Assembly (NCBI RefSeq): GCF_022045235.1
Contig: NW_027266273.1
Coordinates: 434,001 to 498,000, forward strand
Direction: 5' to 3'
Source: Haliotis cracherodii
Lineage: Eukaryota
Length of the DNA stretch: 64,000 bases
Positions 53,401 to 62,994 of the stretch are shown one piece after another. Both the position numbers and the translations under genes were made by a program. The notes under the pieces were generated by a model. The model was not told the origin of the DNA. It made no database searches and saw nothing but the letters and a program-made list of their open reading frames with translations. Position 1 is the stretch's first letter. Each line of letters begins with the position of its first letter.

Positions 53401-54214
53401 GTGTCAACATTTGTATTCCATTACATTGACATACACCTATCGTTAATAAATCCAATTTTGTTAATTCATTGGCATAAATGTGCATTTATGATCCCATCGT
53501 GACATTGGCAACCGTTACTCTCCATCAAGGTAGCATTGTTTAGGCATCAAGTCCTTGAGAAGTGACCGTCATGAATTTCGATTGCAACTGTTACAGCAAA
53601 AGAAAACTGCCCGAGCAGCGTTCATGATCCCGATATCGTGGGAAGACGACCTCCAGCGGAAACTAATTCTAACACTTGAACTTAACGTTCATTCTAACCC
53701 AAATAGGAATTACCCTGATTGTTTACAAGGATGGTTGAATGAACACATATATGTGCTGGAGTCGTCCTGCTTCCTTCATAAACAGACAAGACCACTCCAA
53801 ATCAAGTATTTGTTTAGTGGCCTAAACAAGATGTAATGAAAGCTAAAATGAGTTTAAGGAAAATAACTTATGCGATTAATAAATATAGTTGTTTTGTTAG
53901 TAATATGATTAATCATTTGCTACTGACAATCTTGGTGTATTTAGTCAACAAATAACATAAGACAAACTGACCGTATGCAATTTAAGAATGCGATTAGCTT
54001 ATAAAATAATGATAGATGTTAAAAAATTGGATTTAAAGTGAAAGCGCTTGGTTGAATGAATAAATTCTCAACGCGACATAATATAAACAAAACATTGTCC
54101 AGCGTTATGAAAGTTAGATATGTAAAACATTGCGTGGTACTTACTGTCCTGGGCTAGACAACAAGCCAGAAGCCCCAATATCACAGTCAGCAAATGGCGA
54201 CACATTGTTGCCAT
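1707..54214 (-). CDS. Giant secreted multi-vWA protein (22 vWA domains plus Pro/Thr linkers; matrilin/collagen VI alpha3 N-terminus-like), 46 coding exons, 3'-incomplete
   Basis: Hand-spliced model with GT-AG introns. Exon lengths sum to 13,903 nt and keep frame. Starts with a signal peptide. The last exon in the window ends at a phase-1 donor, so the gene continues beyond position 1. Confidence 0.85.
2036..2605 (-). CDS. vWA22
   Basis: 570 nt, phase 1-1. Confidence 0.9.
4497..4604 (-). CDS. Poly-Thr/Pro linker exon (I)TTPPP(T)nPAPTPAPTPKAQ
   Basis: 108 nt, tttcag|...|gtaaga. Confidence 0.85.
4984..5553 (-). CDS. vWA21
   Basis: 570 nt, phase 1-1, donor gtacgt. Confidence 0.9.
6517..6564 (-). 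CDS. Pro-rich linker exon (V)TPPPTPPPTTPAKPK
   Basis: 48 nt, ttttag|...|gtaagg. Confidence 0.8.
7467..7624. other. Assembly gap (158 N)
   Basis: Run of N. Confidence 1.
7806..8375 (-). CDS. vWA20
   Basis: 570 nt, phase 1-1. Confidence 0.9.
9660..10004 (+). mobile_element. tRNA-derived SINE, full length and young
   Basis: Pol III A box tggcctagtgg (9671-9681) and B box ggttcgatcc (9714-9723); perfect 13-bp TSD ctctaatgttgtc (9647-9659, 10005-10017); homologous copies elsewhere in the window. The central segment resembles the Meta/MESC SINE domain as I recall it (unverified). Confidence 0.9.
10886..10990 (-). CDS. Poly-Thr linker exon (I)TTPPP(T/S)nPLLTTKAQ
   Basis: 105 nt, tttcag|...|gttggt. 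Confidence 0.8.
11752..12321 (-). CDS. vWA19
   Basis: 570 nt, phase 1-1. Confidence 0.9.
12538..12582 (-). CDS. Pro-rich linker exon (V)PPPTPPPTVPAKPK
   Basis: 45 nt, tttctag|...|gtgggt. Confidence 0.8.
12810..13379 (-). CDS. vWA18
   Basis: 570 nt; CDSARMD...DTSTS...ICP. Confidence 0.9.
14314..14580. repeat. Minisatellite, ~90 bp x3
   Basis: ttgtacacaaaacag recurs at 14314, 14403 and 14494. Confidence 0.9.
14818..15125. repeat. Minisatellite, ~48 bp x ~6.5, two alternating variants
   Basis: aggaaacaaa recurs every ~48 bp. Confidence 0.85.
16223..16261 (-). CDS. Linker exon (I)PIPVTPPPKKRP
   Basis: 39 nt, ctttcag|...|gtaagt. Confidence 0.8.
18120..18698 (-). CDS. vWA17
   Basis: 579 nt; DCTDTKMD...DASTS...RKGCP. 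Confidence 0.9.
19371..19406 (-). CDS. Linker exon (A)IMIPLPGGERK
   Basis: 36 nt, cttttcag|...|gtatga. Confidence 0.7.
20373..20939 (-). CDS. vWA16
   Basis: 567 nt; ECSSTRLDLAFLIDASTS...FCT. Confidence 0.9.
21337..21378 (-). CDS. Linker exon (I)PTTTLPPPATTSK
   Basis: 42 nt, tttttcag|...|gtgtgt. Confidence 0.75.
21572..21830 (+). mobile_element. Degraded SINE copy of the same family
   Basis: Collinear decayed matches (ctgcctccttggtgtagtag...gcattgtatctcagtatgct). Confidence 0.5.
22278..22844 (-). CDS. vWA15
   Basis: 567 nt; DCADAMLD...DASTS...FCP; donor gtgagt. Confidence 0.9.
22922..23339. repeat. Intronic ~140-bp direct duplication (22922-23061 / 23198-23339)
   Basis: tggcaaatctgtgatttgaacccaagatca...ccaatcagtttcaaaactg occurs twice. 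Confidence 0.85.
23411..23448. repeat. (CT)n microsatellite
   Basis: Read directly from the sequence. Confidence 0.9.
23511..24119 (-). CDS. vWA14 with fused Pro-rich linker (basic: AKKARRKG)
   Basis: 609 nt; DASTS MIDAS; ends PVPAKPLPTLPPILD. Confidence 0.9.
24172..24430 (-). mobile_element. tRNA-derived SINE, same family, 3'-truncated
   Basis: Reverse-complement match to the head and body of 9660-9940. Confidence 0.8.
25157..25228 (-). CDS. Thr/Pro linker exon (V)HSTTAPTTTTTTTPLPTIPAKLD
   Basis: 72 nt, ttttcaag|...|gtaaga. Confidence 0.8.
25541..26107 (-). CDS. vWA13 (type A)
   Basis: 567-nt array copy. Confidence 0.9.
26349..26960 (-). CDS. vWA12 (type B)
   Basis: 612-nt array copy. 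Confidence 0.9.
27201..27287 (-). CDS. Poly-Thr linker exon (87 nt, one Thr>Ser)
   Basis: Array copy. Confidence 0.85.
27583..28149 (-). CDS. vWA11 (type A)
   Basis: 567-nt array copy. Confidence 0.9.
28391..29002 (-). CDS. vWA10 (type B)
   Basis: 612-nt array copy. Confidence 0.9.
29243..29329 (-). CDS. Poly-Thr linker exon (87 nt)
   Basis: Same splice sites as 31285-31386, 5 Thr codons shorter. Confidence 0.85.
29625..30191 (-). CDS. vWA9 (type A)
   Basis: 567 nt, near-identical to 31683-32249. Confidence 0.9.
30433..31044 (-). CDS. vWA8 (type B)
   Basis: 612 nt, near-identical to 32491-33102. Confidence 0.9.
31285..31386 (-). CDS. Poly-Thr mucin-like linker exon (102 nt)
   Basis: tttcag|...|gtaagt; VTTTLAP(T)nIPTTTTPEVD. 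Confidence 0.85.
31683..32249 (-). CDS. vWA7 (array type A)
   Basis: 567 nt; DCSYAKLD...DTSTS...FCS. Confidence 0.9.
32491..33102 (-). CDS. vWA6 (array type B, fused Pro/Thr linker)
   Basis: 612-nt phase 1-1 exon; DSSTS MIDAS; ends PVVTTPVPRTLPPKVQ. Confidence 0.9.
33476..33520 (-). CDS. Linker exon (V)ERPSVPVTTQPKSD
   Basis: 45 nt, tttcag|...|gtaagt. Confidence 0.75.
35558..36124 (-). CDS. vWA5 (canonical MIDAS DSSTS/T/TDG)
   Basis: 567-nt phase 1-1 exon, Cys at both ends. Confidence 0.9.
37267..37290 (-). CDS. 24-nt linker exon (F)RAKGKTD
   Basis: ttttcttttcag|...|gtaagt. Confidence 0.7.
37429..37808 (-). CDS. vWA4 second half
   Basis: ctctag| phase 2; NGDRDGVPNGVILVTD and VYTVGVG; donor gtgagt. 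Confidence 0.85.
38494..38665. mobile_element. TA-flanked MITE (Tc1/mariner-pogo type)
   Basis: TA|cagtaaactacggttataacgaac ... gttcgttataaacatagtttactg|TA. Confidence 0.8.
38915..39301. mobile_element. Degraded hAT-like MITE
   Basis: TIRs aggggtggcacgat / attgtgtcacccct with subterminal (g/c)atac motifs; the TSD is not clean. Confidence 0.45.
39447..39624 (-). CDS. vWA4 first half (ADIIFAIYFNPK..., degenerate MIDAS); not in the ORF track
   Basis: Hand translation includes ADVDSGNVRLGFF; phase-2 donor gtatgt matches the next exon. Confidence 0.8.
40232..40258 (-). CDS. 27-nt linker exon (G)PACGASLA
   Basis: cttttcag|...|gtaagt, phase 1-1. Confidence 0.65.
42184..42261 (-). CDS. Pro/Thr/Lys linker exon SSTPRKPPTRGPQTTKPTGVVTPKP
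   Basis: 78 nt, ctccag|...|gtcagt. Confidence 0.75.
42486..43061 (-). CDS. vWA3, Lys/Arg-rich, degenerate MIDAS (ADIAIVYQFGKS)
   Basis: 576-nt phase 1-1 exon; GDRPGVPNAVILITD and IFTIGLG. Confidence 0.85.
44227..44265 (-). CDS. Linker exon (E)DIPGADEPLTLA
   Basis: 39 nt, ttttcag|...|gtgagt, phase 1-1. Confidence 0.7.
45747..45782 (-). CDS. Linker exon (L)RDGPPGVTSNP
   Basis: 36 nt, tttttcag|...|gtaaac, phase 1-1. Confidence 0.7.
46739..47045 (-). CDS. vWA2 second half
   Basis: tttcag| phase 0; GDRPQVPNMVIVVTD and VYAIGL; donor gtaagt. Confidence 0.85.
47713..47960 (-). CDS. vWA2 first half (LDLVFLLHFSNK..., degenerate MIDAS)
   Basis: ttacag| acceptor; ADIDSGAVRVG; phase-0 donor gtggga. 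Confidence 0.8.
48379..48690 (-). mobile_element. tRNA-derived SINE, same family as 9660-10004
   Basis: Reverse-complement match; (tcacc)n tail; 13-bp TSD tttg(t/c)ctgtaggt with one mismatch. Confidence 0.85.
49001..49652. mobile_element. Non-autonomous Kolobok-like DNA transposon
   Basis: TTAA|agggcaagttcacacg ... cgtgtacacttcccct|TTAA; AG..CT termini; internal inverted repeats at ~49189-49225 and ~49429-49465. Confidence 0.7.
50451..50498 (-). CDS. Gly-rich linker exon (C)GKGGNGDGGASGSIQ
   Basis: 48 nt, ttttag|...|gtttgt; the junction codon T+GT gives the C-terminal Cys of vWA1. Confidence 0.75.
51063..51436 (-). CDS. vWA1 second half
   Basis: cctag| phase-2 acceptor; motifs YVLLLTGG and IAAVGVG; phase-1 donor gtacgt. 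Confidence 0.8.
51629..51797 (-). CDS. vWA1 first half (GCGQTKIDLVIILDSAAPP..., degenerate MIDAS)
   Basis: vWA strand motifs DLVIILD and NVRVGLI; accag| acceptor, phase-2 donor gtacgt. Confidence 0.8.
52343..52390 (-). CDS. Linker exon (N)LFPEGTLPVVPNGIS
   Basis: 48 nt, ttcag|...|gtgagt, phase 1-1, open frame. Confidence 0.75.
54145..54214 (-). CDS. Start/signal-peptide exon MATMCRHLLTVILGLLACCLA-QD
   Basis: ttctttgtttcag|actgaATG...GACA|gtaagt. Hydrophobic core with a small-residue cleavage site; phase-1 donor. Confidence 0.85.
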
Positions 54215-57195
54215 TCAGTCTGAAACAAAGAAAAACATAATTAACATTTATGTAAAGTAAATATTTTGCAGGGGAGAGCAGACCAAAATAAACAGCTGAT
54301 AAGAATGTTGTTCATTGGTCGGTCTGACATTGACAATTCGAAAACTGCATGCAAAGGAAGTTAAATACTCTGAAATTGGATACCTGTGAATGTGTAAACA
54401 TATGTATGTTGATCATAATTGAGAGATAAACTCCTTTATCTGTAAACACTATCCACCAAACCGCGTATGTTTTGAAAGATGTGGAATGTAATCAGGAATT
54501 CGTTTTAAAGGATCCGTGTGTAATGTGAAGCGTTCGTAAAAGTACCATCTGGTAGCAGTCACAATACGTGAATAAGACTATGTCAATGGTTTACCAACAT
54601 GCTGCGTACTATATATATATAATACATGAGCACCCAAACCATATCCAAATATCAAACCCACTAAAGAATTAAACTAAATCCGACACACGGATGTCCCATT
54701 TGAACACCATGTAAGCTAGGACTGGCAAGTTCAAATGACATTTACTGTATGCTGAGACACACATTCAGCTTTCGAACTGAACTTTGCATGGTCATATAGA
54801 AAAACACTAAACTAAAATAAAGGCCCAAAGTCAATAATCGTAAGAAAGGATTCATTTTACGATTCCGACTATGTCAATGATACAGGTCAAAATAAGTATT
54901 TGCATCGGACATAATTTCTGCCACTGATACATCAAATTGGAGGAATGTCCTCCACGTGTCTACCAAACAGCGATTTGACAGTTTTACTAAGGCCTTGAAT
55001 GTTGTAACCCTGTTCAAACAACGTTTGGGTAAGAGTCGCATGGCACTCATTGAAATGTTCGGAGTAAGAGCATGCTCGATGTATCTCAAAAGTTGTGAAA
55101 GGCTGGAACTGTTAGAATATTGATCTAAATAAAGGGTACTTGACAGTTGGAAAGTTTGAGTTTTTCTTCTTGTCATATAGTCTTGTGCAGAGCTTTTTGG
55201 CACTCGTATGCATAAACAAACAGATCGGCAAGGACGGGTGTCCATGGGGATGCTTACTTCTTACTATGTCCCATAGATACGACAAGGAGAAGTGCTTTGG
55301 TTGAGATAAAACGGATGTATCTGAATATTGCTGGATAATATAACTTCAAATCAATATGATGCAGACATCATTACATGTATAAAGCGTTTATTTTATCTAG
55401 ATGATCACATAAATGAATATTTTTATGAGGCCAGTGTATGTTCTCTCGCTCACCTCACCCTCATCAATGTGAAAAAAGACGTCTACCCAGTGAAAACGAA
55501 ACACTCAAGTTAACGTCAAAAGAAATTATCGGTTGATGATGATATATGTTATCAGTTGTGTCTTGACGATCGGGAAATAAATCTACCTTGCGTGAAAACA
55601 GTCTGGGACTGACAAGTAGCTTGTAATACAGACCTTTCAGACAGAGTAACAGTGAAATTATTAGTTTCGTATTTTATACAATACGAAACTAAAACTAGTT
55701 AAAGTTTACGTTTCGTAAAATAACTATATATTGGGAGCACAGTGGATAGCATGAAGTCGGTTCATCTGAGTAGTGATGCACGTCCAACTATCCCCTCTAG
55801 ATCTGATATGGGGTTGATTAAATTCCGACACTACCCAAAACTTTGATTTCAAACTTGCATATCAATATATGTCCATGTTGTACTGAGGAACTGCATGCAT
55901 GACTGCATGGATGCAGTTACATAGACCTATACTCATTCATACCTGTTTTATGGCTATATAATTACGCACCCTCTATTGCACAGTTTTCGGCCACTCTTTC
56001 TTGGCAGATATGGTTTCGTGTGTCAGAAATACCAAAACCCACTAAACACTGCTGTATTGAAAAACATTTGGCTCCAAACAGTACCTGATTTCACTGCTAA
56101 AAACCCTGTTTTGTTGAAACAGTGACATGAATATAAGCATATAATCTTCGAACGTTTCCTCAGAATATTTAACTATCAATCCGCCCTCCCAGATACGACA
56201 GTTGGTTGATTCTATCGCCCAATATATAATAAAGTGATTTGTTGAAACATTGGCGTCAATACATTTTTCTTTGGAATATACCTCACCATATTTAATCATA
56301 AATCAATAAGCCTTCTGAATTATTGATTCTACTGCTCATTAATATAATAATTCTGTTTTGTTGAATCATTGGCATGCATATGGTTTTTTTGGAATACACC
56401 CTCAGCATGAATAGCCAAGAATTCATCATCTCCCATGGGATGTTCGGCCCTTCACCCAGATCAGGTGGAATGTGGACTTTTAATTCGTTTATCTCGAAGT
56501 GAGAATGCATACTATTATGTCGATATACCCTTGTATAAATTATAAGCATATATACCAGGAAAGGAAATTCATTTCTCATCTCTGAATTATTCCTGGGGGC
56601 TATGACTCATATCGTCGTGATCAGCCATAACTCGGCCTATTAACTAAACTCATGGCTCCTGCTAGACTGTGAATGGGCGGAGGTCTCCAAGACCCCATCG
56701 TGTGCTGCGCGATTATCTACCAGATACAATGTGCGAACTTGTAATAACGAACTGGTGCATCGTGTGCGTGAAAGACATTATTGTTGTATGTATTGAAGTG
56801 CGATGTTCGCATACGCACAGCGTGCAAAATGTCTAATCGACAAAAGATGACGCTCATTTTCATTGTTATTATTACTGTATGCTATTTAAAATCACGATTA
56901 TCATCATCGGCTTCTTGGCTGCAACCACTACAACATCCACATTCTAATAATCATAATATCGTACAATCATCAAACATTTACATCGCTACATCAAATAGTG
57001 GCGATTATTCGCAGATGTAACGTGACGTTGATGCGCTTTTCTCAAGACTGTGACCGTTTAAAATATAATATTCATACAGCTTACTAATGCGGTGTTCTTT
57101 GATATGTAATTAAATAAATGATTCTTTTTACGTTTTGTTGATAAAAATGGTTATGTGAACATTTAAAACAAAGACCTAAATTCCAAGGCCAATTA

Positions 57196-57296
57196 CAGTA
57201 AACTACGATTATAACGAACACACTTATAACGAACTAACGGATATAACGAACTAAAATTAGTAGTCCCTTTGAGTTCGTTATAACCGTAGTTTACTG
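57196..57296. mobile_element. TA-flanked MITE, shorter copy of the same family
   Basis: 24-bp TIRs with one mismatch; TA on both sides. Confidence 0.85.
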
Positions 57297-57866
57297 TAGC
57301 TTGAAACATACATCTCAGTGAGTAAGAAACTATTTCCCTATGTTTATTGTTTGGATCAGCAAATGCAATATGTTTTATCTCAGTATGTTTTTTTTGTCAG
57401 TATATAATAGTCAGGCAGTTTTAACCCTTGTGCTAAGGTGCTAAGACATGATTATAAGAGCCGCCTTTGCATTACCCCCAGTAGTTAGAGAAAACATGTA
57501 CTGTCTGAAAAGTGGAAATTCTAACTTCAACAAACACCTCCCGGCACAGTAACCGTAATCAGACGTGTATATCTACCAATATAGATTCTATGATTACTTC
57601 TCCGCAAATAAACAGACCTAAATACCACAAACAAAGAGATGTTGATAGTGAAAATAAGAGGCCAAAATAGGTTTGATGGAAAAATAAACATTTAAAGTAG
57701 CTTATCACGATGACAAGGTCAACAGATGGTCACTACACTATCTACATCAGCTGACCACAGGCTACACCGCTTTGAACAGTATTCCAGTTACATCACGTCT
57801 CAGGCGTTTACCACTTTGGTGAAACCCTCGAACACGGGGATTGTGCTGACAAACCTAAAAGTTCTA

Positions 57867-58037
57867 TGTTTATTGTTTAACGCCGCAATATTCCAGCTAT
57901 ATGACGACGCTCTTTAAATAATTGAGTCTGGACCAAACAATCCAGTAATTGATATCATGAGCATCAATCTACGCAATTGCGATACTATGAAATGCATCAA
58001 CCAAGTCAGCGAACCTGACCACCCGATCCCGTTAGTC
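57867..58037 (-). mobile_element. Second interspersed SINE-like repeat family, fragment
   Basis: Shares tgtttaacgccgc...caatattccagctat...gagtctggacca with fragments at ~444-560, ~5906-5955 and ~16379-16478, and in the opposite orientation at 60166-60331. Confidence 0.6.
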
Positions 58038-58728
58038 CCAATTGGTGGAATAACCTTTTTCCAAAATATGCAACGGTCACCATACTATGCATATCAGGCA
58101 TTCCACGACTGGTAATATAATGAGTGCCAAAGACGCTTCTGTCAAGTGTCTTTAGACATAATAATATCTTTCTAGAACTCCAAAGTCTGTCCTCAAGAGT
58201 ATTTACTGCTGGCACTCCAAATAAACATTCGCAACAACGCGCATGATTCTGGGGAGAGACGAATCGCTTCTTGCGTTGTGTTTATTGAATGCAGCAATAG
58301 TATTACGATAAGATATTTATTTGGATATATATCAATGTGTAACATTCTTGATAAAACAGAATGATTACTCATTTCATAGATTATCGGTGTAATTATCATC
58401 ATCTCAATTATGTTTCATTCCCGAAATGGATTTCGGCGCTTTTATTTTCACTATGAATGAGCTTGAATGTATTAGAAGTCAGGTGTGCAAATTATGAATA
58501 ATATCTATAGAATTAACGTACAGATCCTTCATTATAATGTATATAACAGTTATTTAGAATATTCAACATGAGCAACTTATGGCTTAAACGTATACAAGAC
58601 AGTGATGGAATCAGAAAAATCATTCAGTGCCAAAACTAGGATAAAATACTCAATAACTAGTCCTGTGACGTCAAGTGGATCCACTTACGTTTACGATGGC
58701 CAAGCGGTGATGTGAGAATCCTACTCAC

Positions 58729-58770
58729 AAATTCCCACTAACAGTCCTCAAGGTGAAGTTACACTGTCCT
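58729..58770 (-). other. Candidate non-coding first exon (5'UTR)
   Basis: Lies between the TATA box and the GTGAGT donor. The ATG exon has a strong acceptor only 5 nt before ATG, so an upstream UTR exon is expected. An alternative donor would end the exon at 58689. Confidence 0.45.
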
Positions 58771-58793
58771 AAGGCTGAGTAGGAACTGGTCGC

Positions 58794-58801
58794 CTCTTAT
58801 A
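58794..58801 (-). promoter_or_regulatory. Candidate TATA box (TATAAGAG) of the vWA gene
   Basis: TATAAGAG on the minus strand about 30 nt upstream of a plausible start (~58770), followed by consensus donors GTGAGT (58728-58723) and GTAAGT (58688-58683). Confidence 0.5.
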
Positions 58802-60101
58802 CCATACACAGTGCGTTCTTGCAATATGATCGGTTCCAATGAAGGGGAGAACGTTGAAAGTTTCGCCTAAATGACAGGTCACATGATGCTTTTAGCTAGC
58901 GCCAGTGCGGAATGCTACCTCAGTTACACCAGGTCATAAAACTCAATTAGCTAGATTTTGGAATGCATTTTGGACATTCTAATGAAATTGTTCGGCAAAT
59001 ACGCGTGACAGATGAATGACATGTTAGGTTCAAATACCGTCACTTTTAAATATTACCGTTATGTACCATATATTGATGTTTTATATAATATAGCATAACT
59101 TGTTGCGGGCGTTGAGATGATGGTCCACCTGTGGAACGAACGAAGTGCAATCGCGGGTTCATTACACTGCAGTACCCGCGTTGAAACAACAGGCACATCT
59201 AGTTGGGTTGAGACTCCAAAACAATTTTGAAGACAACACTTAGAATTACAATTATTGTAAGCGTTATGTTTGAAACAATTACATATATGAACGTCATGTT
59301 TGTAAAAAAATATTCATTTTAATTAAATGAGTAACCGGTAGTTGGTAATGCATGCAGCTAACGTTTCGTTGTTTTAAATTGTGCGACAGGAAACTTCACG
59401 TCTTAAGTAAGATATCGGCAATATTTAATTCGTTTGCGATCAATACACGATTTTCAGTTAGACAGTTTCGTTCCAGTCTCCTTTGTATTTGCGTGCATAA
59501 ACTTGTTCAAACCGGATCCAGGTTTCTATACTTCAGATCTACTACGCAGGTGAGAACTCGTTATGTAAAATGTTCATCTTGAGTTATCAGTGAGGCAGTG
59601 CTCTCAACCACGCGGAGAGCATGATATACGCGGGCTCCTCAAAAATATACCGCCAGGTCATAAAGGGTCCCTTTTTAACTGCACTTATTTAGTAATGACA
59701 TCACTGCCAGAGGCGTAGCCCTGTAGTATGTAGTACTTAGGTACTACGCATTACGAGTACTAACGACCCTTAAACTTGCTGCCACTCACGCACGCACACA
59801 CACAGCCTGAGCCTGTCCACTCTAACCATTAAGTCGCGTCTTACGACCTACATAAGCTGCTGGGGAAAAGTTTAATCGATGAGGTGCATGAAACGATGAC
59901 ATATCACCGCACCGTATTGTTCATTGCACATATTTCATTGCAATGCATTGATTTGCATTGTGAATTTGGTTGAAGAAACTGATATAGAGGTTTTCTCAAG
60001 TAACCAGTGAATCTCTTGATAGGAAGGTAACGGTATATATTCACCATTGCAAATATTAATACAACTATTTAACCATTGTAATACCACAATGTCTGCAATA
60101 A

Positions 60102-60137
60102 CCCCCCCCCCCCCCACACACACACACACACACACAC
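60102..60137. repeat. Poly-C plus (CA)n microsatellite
   Basis: Read directly from the sequence. Confidence 0.85.
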
Positions 60138-60165
60138 TACTCAACGAAATCACATACATGTAGGT

Positions 60166-60331
60166 ACCCGCGAAGATCCGGATTAGAATTGGATTGGTCT
60201 TCAGCAATCCGAAAGAGACAACTATGCTTGTCCTAGGAGGCGGCTAACGGGTAGTCTGTCTCACTGTCTCTGAACCACTGGACTATCTGATCCATATTCG
60301 ATTATTTACAGACCGCCGTCCTATAGGAATA
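60166..60331 (+). mobile_element. Second SINE-like family, opposite-orientation fragment
   Basis: Contains reverse complements of motifs in 57867-58037 (ctaacggg, cgattatttacagaccgccgtc). Confidence 0.5.
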
Positions 60332-62454
60332 TGTAGGGTAATCTCGTCAAACAAAGGGAGGAAACAATGTCTGAACTGGAGTCACTAGTTTCAGTTGTTC
60401 ACGTGATTATTACATTACACAAAACAGGCATTACCCTTATAAAAATGTTGCTCGATGACAAATGATGAATGTATTATTATAATATATGTCTATTAACCAT
60501 AAAAACAAGCTTTATTTATGTTGAACGACCTTTATGCGGCAGCATCTAGCGTTACACAGATGATAGTGACACTAGACAATATCAATACTTTATTGCGCAT
60601 GTAGAGTGTTCGTCAAAGTACATGACAATAAATAAACAAAAAAAACACAGAATATCTTATCCACTTTGAAACTATTCCGATGCATCAGGCCTCGTGGTGT
60701 AATTCGTGCTTCTATTATCAGACCTCCTTGTGTTAACATATTGATAAAGATCAGCTCACAGCTACTTAGCTTCCTGCTCAGGTGACCACTCGGGTCCGAC
60801 TCTTTCGCCTCACTTGACCTTTTAATGACCTTCAGTGGCGGATGGGTCATCTTGACCTCGCAGTTAGAAGGCTGATGTAATAATTGGGACGACTGACATG
60901 CAAAACCTGCTTTGATAAACAGTTCGTTGTTTTGTCAACTGATACCACCTGCGACTGAGACTGGACATGTGACATTTCCACTGGGATGTGTAGGCTTGCG
61001 AACAAAGCAGGCGTCGTCCGGGATACGCCGCTGGATGTTTTTGTTAATTTTTTAATTGTTCTCCATTGTAAAGGGAATATAATGTGTTTCCTCTGAAGTA
61101 ATATCAGGCTTTGAAACTGAAAATAATGGAAAGCGCCCTATTTACAATTTCCGCCCATAATAACGGCATATTACAAAACCATTGTTTACTCTGACTTGGG
61201 GCTAACAAACGAGGTGATGGGGTAAAGATGCGTGAGACAGGAGACGCTGACGGGAGGATTGGTGGGTGGGTCGGGTTTGTTTTGTGTTTTTTTTAATTGG
61301 AAGATCATAAAAATGACTTGAAGGGTGGGTAACCCATGCCGTGTGCGAAATACGCATCAGTCGGAAAGCGCACGTTAAATCTCCAAAGTAAGTAAGGGTA
61401 ACCCATCAGATGCAGAACAAGCTACACATTCCAGTTGTGGTTCCCGTTTAATTTGTAGGTGGCAAGTAAAATGCAATTATTTCATACTTCCAGTTTTACA
61501 AAATACATATTTAGCTTCCTAATGGTGTAACTGAATAAACATTGGTGTACAAAGAACGACTCTCACAAAGATTGTTATTAGGTTTTTGAAGTCATTAACT
61601 TCATATCTGTACAAATTCCATTACGACCGAGATAATGATTTGTATTCTATATTTACTGTATTAAACAAGTGTTTAGTGATATAAGATAAAATTGTTCGTG
61701 TTTATTTAACTTCATACATTTGACGTTAATGTTATCAAATTCCCTGTACGGAGAAAGCAAAGTCAAAACTTCGGTTCTTTATTTGGAACATATGAAGTTA
61801 TGTGTCTGCTTAAGAGGGTTACTCACACGAACGTCAATAACCGTGTAAGATGGGATCACTTTAAGAAACTATTAAGTCTTTCAACGCATGCTTTTCATGT
61901 TACGAGATTCAACCATAAATTATCTCATCTTGTCTCCAAACAACATTTTTTCATTCAACATTCTTTTTCAAGTGGCTGATTTAATTTATTTTATCACCCT
62001 TTACTCCAAACCTCAGATGACGAGTATATTGTTTGCCAAACCGTTTAAGACGCGCACTCAGATATAAACTGACGATTGAACAACTTTGTCTGCTCTAAAC
62101 TCCCTCTCAGATTTGTAGTGGAGAAGATGTCTTTGAGAAAAGCTGTATATTTATATCTCATAAGGGCCCAACTTTGATAAATGTTAAGTGTTTTCCTGTA
62201 TATTTGTGTATAAATCATAACTACGGCAGGAGAGTGGGGAGATTAATACAGTGCTTGAAGTGGCGTTTTACACTGATTTATGGTGGGACCGCTGCCAGTT
62301 AATTATAATTAAAAGTATATATGGACGCTGTTATTACTTTCCGAATTATGGCGGTTGTCACACAGCGGAACCTGAACCTCGTTAAAAGGGTTTTGTTCTG
62401 ACAACAATTCGAGACTAACGACGCATTGAACTCAGAGTAAAGGTTACCAGACAA

Positions 62455-62958
62455 AATCGCCGATGAGGGCTTCTGTTACGATAATCGGTGAGATCTACGG
62501 TGAGGTCACCATATCTGTCGCTGGTGAAAGTCTGATACGTCACCCGTGAGATCTCTGATGAGGTCATCATCATATAAAATCGGAGGTCTGAACTCTTGGG
62601 ACGTCTCTGATAAGTCACTGGTGAGATATCGGTGCTGTCACCATAATAGTCGTTTTCGCGGTAAAACAAATTACGGGTAAGATATCCGATGAAGTCATCA
62701 TATTGGTCATTGGTGAGATCTATGGTAGGCTCTCTGATTCGCCACTCGTGAAATATCTGGTAAAGTCACCGTAGCGGCGCTGGTGTGGTCACAAGGGAGA
62801 TCACTGGTCAAATCTCCGATAAAGTCATGCATCATATCGGTCACTGTGATATATGTGGTGGGGTCTCAAATACGTCACTCGTGAAATCTCTTGTGACGTC
62901 GCAATAACGGTTGCTGGTGTGATCATTGGGTCTTGGTGGTTGTGGTGGTGGTGGTTGT

Positions 62959-62994
<36 letters not shown>

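Noticed and set aside
1707-54214. Assigning a collagen VI, matrilin or VWF gene symbol
   Set aside because: No Gly-X-Y, EGF or VWD modules were seen in the window, and orthology cannot be established from vWA similarity alone.
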